In this document: one piece after another, positions 7,168 through 13,964 of the stretch
How positions within the stretch are numbered: the first letter of the stretch is position 1
Layout of the letters: each line of letters starts with the position of its first letter
Source of the DNA: Armatimonadota bacterium
Lineage (GTDB): Bacteria > Sysuimicrobiota > Sysuimicrobiia > Sysuimicrobiales > Humicultoraceae
Direction: 5' to 3'
Assembly: GCA_037446215.1 (NCBI GenBank)
Contig: JBBIJB010000016.1
Span: 18,635 to 32,598 of the forward strand
DNA: 13,964 nucleotides
Made by a program: the position numbers and the translations under genes
The notes under the pieces: model-generated
What the model was told of the DNA's origin: nothing
Seen by the model: only the letters and a program-made list of their open reading frames with translations
The model's database searches: none

Positions 7168-8135
7168 CACTTCCTCCTGTCAGGACTGGAGTCCAGCACG
7201 CGTTCAATGATAGCACGAACGCGCGCCGCGAGAGCCTCTCCGCCCACGTCGCCAACGTCCACCCACTCGATCCGCGGATCGCCGCGGAACCAGGTGAGCT
7301 GCCTCTTTGCGTATCGCCGCGTGTTACGCTTCAGCCTGTCGACCGCCTCCTCATAGCTCGACTCCCCCGCGAGCCACTCGGCGATCTCTTTATAGCCCAG
7401 CGCTGCCATCGCCTGGGATTTGGGCGCGACGCCGCTGTCGAGGAGGCCTCGCACCTCGTCTACCAGCCCAGCGGATAGTTGCTCATCCACCCTCGCGTCG
7501 ATCCGCCTGTAGAGATCGGGCCTGGATGTCACCAGCCCAACCATGACCGCAGGCCCGATCCCAGCACCGCGGCCCTGAAGACGCGAGGCCGGCAGCCCCG
7601 TGGCGGCGGCTATCTCCAGGGCCCGGACCACCCGGCGAACGTTGTTGGGATCGATCCGGCTGGCGGCCGCGGGATCCAGGGATCTCAGGCGCGAGTGCAG
7701 GTGATCGCGGCCGCCAAGGCGGGCCTCGGCCTCCAGCCGCGCCCGCAGGAAGGGGTCCGGAGGAACAGGAGGCAGGACGAGATCGTCGACCACGGCACGG
7801 ATGTAGAGGCCGGTACCCCCGACCAGCAGCGGCAGCCGACCCCTGGCCCGGATCTCTGCCACGGCCTCGCGGGCCAGGCGCTGGTAGTCGGCGAGCGTGA
7901 ATGCATCCGAGGGGTCGGCGACGTCGAGCAGATGGTGGGGTACGCGTCGGAGCAGCTCGGCGCCTGGCTTCGCGGTGCCGATGTTCATCCCTCGGAATAC
8001 GGTGCGCGAGTCGGCGGCGACTATCTCGGCCCGAAGCGAAGGGGCGACCGCGCACGCGATCTCGCTCTTTCCCACCGCGGTGGGCCCGCAGATGACCGCG
8101 ACCGGCCCGCCCGAGCCTATCCTCTCAGAAACCAT
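7167..8135 (-). CDS. miaA: tRNA dimethylallyltransferase
   Basis: GPTAVGKS P-loop, ADSRTVFRGMNIGTAKP, VPHHLLDV, LVGGTGLY, DPNNVRRVVRALE, ALGYKE, TRRYAKRQLTWF. Start taken as ATG 8135, overlapping the mutL end by 19 bp. Confidence 0.97.
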   Translation of the reverse strand: MVSERIGSGGPVAVICGPTAVGKSEIACAVAPSLRAEIVAADSRTVFRGMNIGTAKPGAELLRRVPHHLLDVADPSDAFTLADYQRLAREAVAEIRARGRLPLLVGGTGLYIRAVVDDLVLPPVPPDPFLRARLEAEARLGGRDHLHSRLRSLDPAAASRIDPNNVRRVVRALEIAAATGLPASRLQGRGAGIGPAVMVGLVTSRPDLYRRIDARVDEQLSAGLVDEVRGLLDSGVAPKSQAMAALGYKEIAEWLAGESSYEEAVDRLKRNTRRYAKRQLTWFRGDPRIEWVDVGDVGGEALAARVRAIIERVLDSSPDRRK

Positions 8136-9856
8136 CTCTCGATCTGAGTGTACGGCAGGGCAATGACCGTCGGGCGACCATGGAAGCAGGTGAAAGGATC
8201 CTCTGCGGCCTCGAGGTCGGTAAGCAGCCTCTCCATCGCCTCGGGCGAGAGCCTGTCCCCTGCGCGTATCGCGGTGTGGCAGGCTGTCGCGATGCACAGC
8301 CGCTCGAAGGCACCGTCCCCCTCACCCTCAACCGCTAGCGCACCGAGGGCCCGATGAAGGGTCTCCTCGGCCGAAGTCGCTGCTGCCAGCACGGGAACCG
8401 AGCGGAGCACCGCGGTCCGGGGCCCGAACGGCTCCACATCCAGCCCGGCCAGCCTCAGGCTGTCCTGCCGGTCCACAAGCAGCGCCATCTGCGCAGCGGG
8501 AAGCTCGACGGTGACGGGAACCGCGAGGAGCTGGTATGGGACGCCGCCGCTCCGCCTGGATGCGACCAGCCGCTCGTAGAGGACCCGCTCGTGCGCCGCA
8601 TGCTGGTCCACCAGGTAGATCGCGCCAGGTCCCTCCGCTACGACATAGGTGTTCAGGGCCTGGCCCAGCGGTCTGAGGGAAGGCAGCCGCTGCCCGCCGA
8701 TGTAGGCAGCCCCCGGTCGCCCAGGCTCTGCCACGCGCTCACTCCTGGGCCAGAGGGGCAAGGCTCCTTCCGAGCCCTCCTGCCCGCCTCCCCGGGAGTC
8801 GTCGCCCAAGGCCGTGCCCCAGATCGGTCGGCCCGCGGCGAGGGAGAGTGCGGCGGCGCTTCTGACCAGTGGGCTCGCCAGCAGCGCCGTCCTCGCCGCC
8901 TTCGCCACCGCTCCGAACAGCGCCCCCTCTTCTTTGAAGCGAACCTCAAGCTTGCGTGGGTGGACGTTCACATCCACCGAGTCGGAGCGCACCTCGAGGC
9001 ACAGCACGAAGGCCGGGTATCGCCCCACGGGCAGGAGTTGGGCGTAGCCCTGTTCAACCGCCCTCCTGAGAAGGGCGCTGCTCACCGGCCTGCGGTTGAC
9101 AAAGAGGTGCTGGCCCAGGCGGTTTGGCCTGGCCCGCTCAGGCCTCCCCAGCCAGGCCTCCACACGCCCTCCCGGAACGGCTTCCTGCGCATGCACCAGG
9201 TCTCCGAGGCCCGCCGCTCCCAGCAGCTCGGCGGCGCGCTCCCGCTGCGATGATCCAGGCCAGCGGCCGGCGAGGCGGCCGTCCACGGTGAGCGTGAACG
9301 TCACCGCGGGGTTGGCCATCGCGGCTCGGTGTACCGCCTCGGCTATCAGAAACCCCTCCCGCGCCGCGGACTTGAGAAACTTCAGCCTGGCAGGGGTGTT
9401 GTGGAACAGCCGCTCTACCTCGACAACCGTGCCTCGCGGCGCGCCGCAGGCGGCAAGCTCCTCGACGACCCCGGCTGTCACGACGGCACGGATCGCGGGC
9501 TCCGGGCCCTCGGTCCGCGTCGTGAGGACGACTCGAGAGACCGCCGCGATGCTGGGCAGGGCCTCCCCACGGAATCCGTAGCTCTGCACGCCGTCGAGAT
9601 CCTCGAGACGCCTTATCTTGCTCGTCGCAAACCGCTGAAAGGCAAGTGCCACCTCGGCCGACGGGATGCCCTCCCCGTCGTCCGCGACCCTTATCAGCCG
9701 GGTGCCCGCGCCACGGATCTCGATATCGACAACGCTCGCGCCCGCGTCCAGGCTGTTCTCCACGAGTTCCTTCACGACGGACGCGGGCCTCTCGACAACC
9801 TCTCCGGCGGCAATGCGCTCTGCGACCGACTCCTCAAGGACGCGTATGGGGCTCAC
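8117..9856 (-). CDS. mutL: DNA mismatch repair endonuclease MutL
   Basis: IAAGEVVERPASVVKELVENSLDAG, FATSKI, GFRGEALPSI, VDVNVHPRKLEVRF; C-terminal endonuclease motifs DQHAAHERVLYE, ACH and CFHGRP. Confidence 0.98.
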   Translation of the reverse strand: MSPIRVLEESVAERIAAGEVVERPASVVKELVENSLDAGASVVDIEIRGAGTRLIRVADDGEGIPSAEVALAFQRFATSKIRRLEDLDGVQSYGFRGEALPSIAAVSRVVLTTRTEGPEPAIRAVVTAGVVEELAACGAPRGTVVEVERLFHNTPARLKFLKSAAREGFLIAEAVHRAAMANPAVTFTLTVDGRLAGRWPGSSQRERAAELLGAAGLGDLVHAQEAVPGGRVEAWLGRPERARPNRLGQHLFVNRRPVSSALLRRAVEQGYAQLLPVGRYPAFVLCLEVRSDSVDVNVHPRKLEVRFKEEGALFGAVAKAARTALLASPLVRSAAALSLAAGRPIWGTALGDDSRGGGQEGSEGALPLWPRSERVAEPGRPGAAYIGGQRLPSLRPLGQALNTYVVAEGPGAIYLVDQHAAHERVLYERLVASRRSGGVPYQLLAVPVTVELPAAQMALLVDRQDSLRLAGLDVEPFGPRTAVLRSVPVLAAATSAEETLHRALGALAVEGEGDGAFERLCIATACHTAIRAGDRLSPEAMERLLTDLEAAEDPFTCFHGRPTVIALPYTQIERWFLRG

Positions 9857-12513
9857 TGGAGCCGCCTGTCCCTTTGGGGCTTGGGGGCGGCCCGCAGTGC
9901 CCTGGCACGTTCCCGCAGCTCCGCGAGGGCCTGCAGCGCGTCGAGAGGGGTCATCGACTCAACCGAAAGCGCGAGCAGGGCCTCCTCCAGCGGGGACTGG
10001 ATCTCGAGCAGCAGAGGGAGCTGCCTTGGCCCCCTCGCCCTGGATGGAACCGGGGGGGTTCCCTGCTCTCGGGGGCGCGTGGAAGCGGCCTCGAGCTGGC
10101 CCAACACCCTCTCGGCCTCGCAGGTGATCTCCTCGGGAAGCCCGGCCAAGCGCGCCACATGGATGCCGTAGGAGCGGTCCGCCCTTCCCTCGGCGACCTC
10201 GTGCAGGAACACCACACGCCTCCCCTCCTCCTTCACGCGCATGGAGACGTTGTGGACGCGCGGCAGCAGCTCGGCCAGCTCCGTGAGCTCGTGGAAGTGC
10301 GTGGCGAACAGGGTCCGAGCCCCGACCCGGCCGTGGAGATACTCGACGACGGCCCAAGCCAGGCTCATCCCGTCGTAGGTGCTGGTGCCGCGCCCAACCT
10401 CGTCCAGCACTATGAGACTTCGCTTGGTCGCGCCGTGGACGATCCTGGCGACCTCCTGCATCTCGACGAGGAAGGTGCTCCTCCCGGCCGATATGTCGTC
10501 GGCGGCGCCGACCCGCGTGAAGATCCGATCCGCCACGCCGATGCGGGCTTCGGCGGCCGGCACATACGATCCCATCTGAGCCATCACGGTGATGAGTGCG
10601 GCCTGTCGGAGCAGCGTGCTCTTGCCGGCCATGTTGGGCCCCGTGACGATAAGCAGGGCCCGGTTCCCGGTATCCAGCATCAGGTCGTTGGGGACGAACC
10701 GCTCACCCTGCAGGGCCAGCTCCACGATGGGATGCCTGCCCGCGCGTATCTCCAGCACGGGCTCCTCCACGACCTCCGGACAGACGAAGCCCCCCGCCTC
10801 GGCGGCCTCCGCGAAGCCAAGAAGCGCATCGATCTCGGCTAGTGCCGAGCCCGTTGCCAGAAGTGACTGGGAGGACTCCGCCACCGAGTCCCTGAGCCGC
10901 CCGAACAGCTCCTGTTCAACCTCGGCCATCCGCTCCTCGGCGCCCAGGATCGCCGCTTCCCGCTCCTTCATCTCAGGCGTGATGTACCTCTCCGCTCCCA
11001 CGAGCGTCTGCCTCCGGATGTAGTTGGCCGGGACGAGGTGTCGATTGGCGTTCGAGACCTCGATGTAGTACCCGAACACCCTGTTGAATCCGACCCGCAG
11101 CGAGCGGATCCCGGTACGCTCCCGCTCGGCGGCCTCCAGGCGGGCGATCCATGCCTTACCCTCGGCGGCACCGGTGCGCAGGCGGTCGAGCTCCGGATCA
11201 TACCCGGGCCTGATGATCCCGCCCTCGCGTAGGCCCGGGGGGGGGTCGTCGACGATCGCCCGCGCCAGCTCCCCGGCGATCTCCCTGTGGGGATCGACTT
11301 CCTCCGATAGCCTCCGGAGGAGGTCGTCCGGCAGCCCGGACGTCACTTCGCGCAGCTTGGGGAGGCGGTCGAGACCCAGGCGGAGGGCCGCGAGGTCCCG
11401 CGGGGTTGCAGAACGGTGACCGATCCGGCCGACGATCCTGGATAGATCGGGTAGCGCGCGCAGAACCGCGCGCGCCTCCGCGCGCCCAGGGCGGTCGGAG
11501 AGGGCAACGCCAACGGCGCGCTGGCGTGCCACTATGGGCGCCACCTGCACGAGCGGGCGGAGGAGCCACTCCCGCATCATGCGCCCTCCCATGGGCGTCA
11601 CTGTCTCGTCCAGCGTTGTCAGCAGGGAGCGCGCGGTACCGACCCTCCTGTCCGTCAGCAGGTCGAGGTTTCGCCTGGTGATCTCATCCATGGCGAGATA
11701 CTGGTCGGTGCTGTAGAGCCGCAGCCCCTTCACGTGGCCCGCTGCGCCGGGCTGCGTGATCTGCAGGTACTGGACGAGGGCACCCGCCGCGGCAGTGGCC
11801 TGCGGAAGCTCCTCGCACCCGAACCCGTCGAGGGAGGCGACGCGGAAGTGCTCGATCAGCGCCCGGCGCGCCACGGCCGGCTCGAACCGCCAGGCCTCCA
11901 GAGGCGTCAACGCCCACCCCTGCTGCCCTGATGAACCGTTGGCGACCTCGTTCGCCCCTCGCTCCGTCTCCGGTACGATCAGTTCCCGCGGATCGATCCT
12001 GGAGAGCTCATCGACGGCCCTTCTATCAGATCCGTCGCCGCCGATCTGGGTGGCCATGAACTCCCCCGTGGAGAGGTCGACCGCCGCGATGCCCCACTCA
12101 CCCTCGCCCTCCACGGCCGCGGCAAGGTAGCGGTGCTCGCGCGCCGGCAGCGCGCCAGCGTCCATCACCGTACCCGGGGTCACCACACGCGTGACCTCTC
12201 TTCGGACCAGGCCGCGGGCCTTGCCGGCATCCTCGACCTGATCGCATATCGCCACGCTGTAGCCGCGGTCGACCAGGCGTGCGAGGTATCCCGAGAGAGC
12301 GTGGTGCGGCACCCCGCACATCGGGACGCGGCGTCCCTTGCCGATCTCGCGGGAGGTGAGGACAATCTCGAGCTCCGAAGAGGCGACCTTCGCATCCTCG
12401 AAGAAGAGCTCGTAGAAGTCGCCAAGCCGGAACATCAGGAGCGCACGTGGATGCCTGGCCTTCAGGTCCTGGTACTGCCGCATCATCGGCGTCAGCGGGG
12501 AGTCGCGCTTCAC
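9853..12513 (-). CDS. mutS: DNA mismatch repair protein MutS (MutS1)
   Basis: TPMMRQY, FRLGDFYELF, PMCGVP, VTPGT, GRHPIVE, Walker A GPNMAGKST, STFLVEM, DEVGRGTS, FATHFHEL, SYGIHVARLAGLP, and a C-terminal clamp-like motif RQLPLL. Confidence 0.99.
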   Translation of the reverse strand: MKRDSPLTPMMRQYQDLKARHPRALLMFRLGDFYELFFEDAKVASSELEIVLTSREIGKGRRVPMCGVPHHALSGYLARLVDRGYSVAICDQVEDAGKARGLVRREVTRVVTPGTVMDAGALPAREHRYLAAAVEGEGEWGIAAVDLSTGEFMATQIGGDGSDRRAVDELSRIDPRELIVPETERGANEVANGSSGQQGWALTPLEAWRFEPAVARRALIEHFRVASLDGFGCEELPQATAAAGALVQYLQITQPGAAGHVKGLRLYSTDQYLAMDEITRRNLDLLTDRRVGTARSLLTTLDETVTPMGGRMMREWLLRPLVQVAPIVARQRAVGVALSDRPGRAEARAVLRALPDLSRIVGRIGHRSATPRDLAALRLGLDRLPKLREVTSGLPDDLLRRLSEEVDPHREIAGELARAIVDDPPPGLREGGIIRPGYDPELDRLRTGAAEGKAWIARLEAAERERTGIRSLRVGFNRVFGYYIEVSNANRHLVPANYIRRQTLVGAERYITPEMKEREAAILGAEERMAEVEQELFGRLRDSVAESSQSLLATGSALAEIDALLGFAEAAEAGGFVCPEVVEEPVLEIRAGRHPIVELALQGERFVPNDLMLDTGNRALLIVTGPNMAGKSTLLRQAALITVMAQMGSYVPAAEARIGVADRIFTRVGAADDISAGRSTFLVEMQEVARIVHGATKRSLIVLDEVGRGTSTYDGMSLAWAVVEYLHGRVGARTLFATHFHELTELAELLPRVHNVSMRVKEEGRRVVFLHEVAEGRADRSYGIHVARLAGLPEEITCEAERVLGQLEAASTRPREQGTPPVPSRARGPRQLPLLLEIQSPLEEALLALSVESMTPLDALQALAELRERARALRAAPKPQRDRRLQ

Positions 12514-12519
12514 ACGACA

Positions 12520-12530
12520 ATGCTACCACA
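12520..12530 (-). promoter_or_regulatory. Extended -10 promoter element for mutS (candidate leaderless transcript)
   Basis: Minus strand TGTGG-TAGCAT ends 6 nt before the GTG start at 12513. There is no Shine-Dalgarno sequence upstream. Confidence 0.55.
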
Positions 12531-12672
12531 GCCGTGGCCGCGGCGAGCGGCAGACCACCTCGAGCGTACTGCCACGGCCGCCGAGCGCCGGGCTGGGAAC
12601 AAGCGGGCCATCTGAGCCGTAGGAAAACCAGGGTAGTTGACATCCAGATCAAACCGATAGAAGGAGGCACAG

Positions 12673-13119
12673 ATGAGCATGATCCGGACCGCAGCCCTGC
12701 TGGTAGCGGCGGCGCTGGCGATAGGCGGGTTCTCCGCGGCCGCCTACGGCCAGGACATCTTCGGCATCATCAAGACCCTGGGGGTAGGCTATGCCGTGCG
12801 CACATTCGCCCCCCAGATAAACGACTTCACAAACAACCTGTTGCAGAACCGCGGCGTGGCGGTCCGCGAGCAGACCAAGGTCGTACCGATACTCAGCCTC
12901 GGGGTGGGATCCGCGGCAGGGGCCTACGTGGGCGCGGCCCAGGTCTCAGGACCGAGGGCGGCCGTCGACAAGGTAGAGGCCGTCGCAGTACTGGAGGCGG
13001 ACTTCCACGGTGCGTTCAGGATCAAAGCACTGGTCCCGGTCGACAACCTCAAGCCGTGGGAGGCGTTCCGCAGGGTCCCTGGGGTGGGAGTGTCCGCGGT
13101 CATAGACATCAGGATCTAG
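12673..13119 (+). CDS. Hypothetical exported protein (Sec signal peptide)
   Basis: Strong RBS AGGAGG (12662-12667) and signal peptide MSMIRTAALLVAAALAIGGFSAAAYG. Codon usage is high-GC3 like the neighbouring genes. No catalytic motif recognised. Confidence 0.85.
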   Translation: MSMIRTAALLVAAALAIGGFSAAAYGQDIFGIIKTLGVGYAVRTFAPQINDFTNNLLQNRGVAVREQTKVVPILSLGVGSAAGAYVGAAQVSGPRAAVDKVEAVAVLEADFHGAFRIKALVPVDNLKPWEAFRRVPGVGVSAVIDIRI

Positions 13120-13134
13120 CACTTCTCCAACCGT

Positions 13135-13229
13135 TGGCGGAGGGCCCTGGGAATCGAACCCAGCCTGGACCGCACGGCCCAGCGACCGGTTTTGAAGACC
13201 GGGGCCCGCACCAGCGGACACTGCCCTCC
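13135..13229 (-). tRNA. selC: tRNA-Sec (selenocysteine, anticodon UCA)
   Basis: 95 nt, GGAGGGCA...GGCCCTCCGCCA. 6-bp D stem with 4-nt TGGT loop, anticodon arm CCGGT-CTTCAAA-ACCGG, long variable arm CTGGGCC-GTGC-GGTCCAG, T arm CTGGG-TTCGATT-CCCAG, discriminator G, encoded CCA. Confidence 0.96.
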
Positions 13230-13244
13230 ACCGCGCGCACGTGC

Positions 13245-13273
13245 ATTGTAAGCGCGCGCGGAGCGCCGCGCAA
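13245..13273 (-). promoter_or_regulatory. Sigma70-type promoter of selC
   Basis: Minus strand TTGCGC (13273-13268), 17 bp, TACAAT (13250-13245), then a GC-rich discriminator. It ends 15 nt before the tRNA 5' end. Confidence 0.65.
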
Positions 13274-13353
13274 GCGCCGGCGGCAGGTACCTCGCGGGCG
13301 CTGCCGAAAGGGTGCTCAGGATCGGAGACCAGACCGAGGGGCGGGAGCGCGCG

Positions 13354-13964
13354 ATGCGGAGGCTCTGGGTTCTTCTGGCCGTAGTTGCGCTCGGCACGGC
13401 TCCCCCGCTGCCGGCGAGAGGCGCGCCGCGGTGCGATATAGTCGAAGGCGCCGGCATAGGGGAAGTCCGAATAGGCATGGATGCCGCCGCGGCGCTTGAA
13501 CTGACCGGTCCGCCTGTGCGCCAACAGGCTCAGGGGAGCGAGGTCCACTACTCGCTCCGGGAACCCTGGGCCGGCATGGTTGCCGACTACGGCCGGGTGA
13601 GGCGGATCTCAACGAGGACAACAGGATGCAAGACTGCCGTGGGCATCGGCCCGGGGGCGACGGCGGAGTCGGTGCGCGGCGCCTACGCGGGCGCGGCCGC
13701 AAGCATCATCACGGCATCCAGGGAGGGGTCGGTCCTCACCTATCCGTTCATCGGTGTGGCCTTCCTGCTCTCCGACGGCCGGGTGATCGCCGTTGAGGTG
13801 TTCGGCGCCGAGGCTCGCCCCGGAGCCAGAGCGGCGCCGGCAATCCCGGCAGGCGGCGCGCGTCCCTCCCCCTCCCCGGCTGCGCCCTCGCCCGCGCCGA
13901 CCACTGCCCCGGGCACATGGGGGGTCAGGTCGGCAACCGCGCGCGTCGAGAACGGCACGCTCAT
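13354..13964 (+). CDS. Hypothetical exported protein, 3'-truncated by the window edge (absent from the ORF track)
   Basis: GGGAG RBS (13343-13347), then ATG 13354, open to the window end: MRRLWVLLAVVALGTAPPLPARGAPRCDIVEGAGIGEVRIGM...CKTAVGIGPGATAESVRGAY...LTYPFIGVAFLLSDGRVIAVEVF, a Pro/Ala linker, then WGVRSATARVENGTL. Confidence 0.85.
   Translation, partial: MRRLWVLLAVVALGTAPPLPARGAPRCDIVEGAGIGEVRIGMDAAAALELTGPPVRQQAQGSEVHYSLREPWAGMVADYGRVRRISTRTTGCKTAVGIGPGATAESVRGAYAGAAASIITASREGSVLTYPFIGVAFLLSDGRVIAVEVFGAEARPGARAAPAIPAGGARPSPSPAAPSPAPTTAPGTWGVRSATARVENGTL

Noticed and set aside
720..12615. Many long antisense or alternate-frame ORFs (e.g. 720-2048 -, 2656-3408 -, 8354-9253 +, 9646-10842 +)
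   Set aside because: They are shadow ORFs expected in high-GC DNA opposite well-supported genes, with no motifs or RBS.
12637..12663. Perfect TTGACA upstream of the hypothetical gene
   Set aside because: There is no -10 at 16-18 bp, and a transcript from here would start within or after the RBS.
13120..13160. selC 3' end as an integration site for a genomic island
   Set aside because: No integrase, no duplicated tRNA 3' end and no compositional shift nearby. The site looks empty.
13281..13330. Hairpin CGGCAG/CTGCCG plus GCCGAA...CTCAGG...GACC, reminiscent of a glycine riboswitch
   Set aside because: It lacks the upstream GGAGA element and the P3 stems, and the downstream gene is unrelated to glycine metabolism. 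An Infernal search with the Rfam glycine model would settle it.
12447..13548. ORFs 12447-13499 (+), 12946-13548 (-) and 13116-13478 (-)
   Set aside because: They are Arg/Gly/Pro-rich and run across the tRNA-Sec and better-supported genes.
1..13964. UGA-recoded selenoprotein, CRISPR array, transposase or defence system
   Set aside because: All recognised genes are full length without in-frame TGA. I saw no spaced direct repeats, terminal inverted repeats or mobile/defence motifs.

Overview
GC-rich bacterial core-chromosome segment. The LexA/SOS-box type and gene set look Terrabacteria-like; the lineage cannot be fixed from the sequence alone. Left arm (+ strand): 3' part of valS, a membrane-anchored SPOR-domain protein, an enoyl-CoA hydratase, and lexA with a Gram-positive-type SOS box overlapping its promoter. 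Right arm (- strand): a tightly coupled mutS-mutL-miaA-dapL-hflX operon converging on lexA. After it come a secreted hypothetical protein (+), a stand-alone tRNA-Sec (selC, -), and a 3'-truncated secreted protein (+) missing from the ORF track. The best unannotated signal is a near-consensus 28-bp XerCD dif site (3443-3470), 22 bp from the lexA operator. GGGNAGGG (KOPS-like) octamers point toward it from both sides, so this is probably the replication terminus. The long-form hflX probably starts at a non-canonical ATC codon. I see no mobile element, CRISPR array or defence system, and no convincing new multi-gene system; the novelty is regulatory and architectural.
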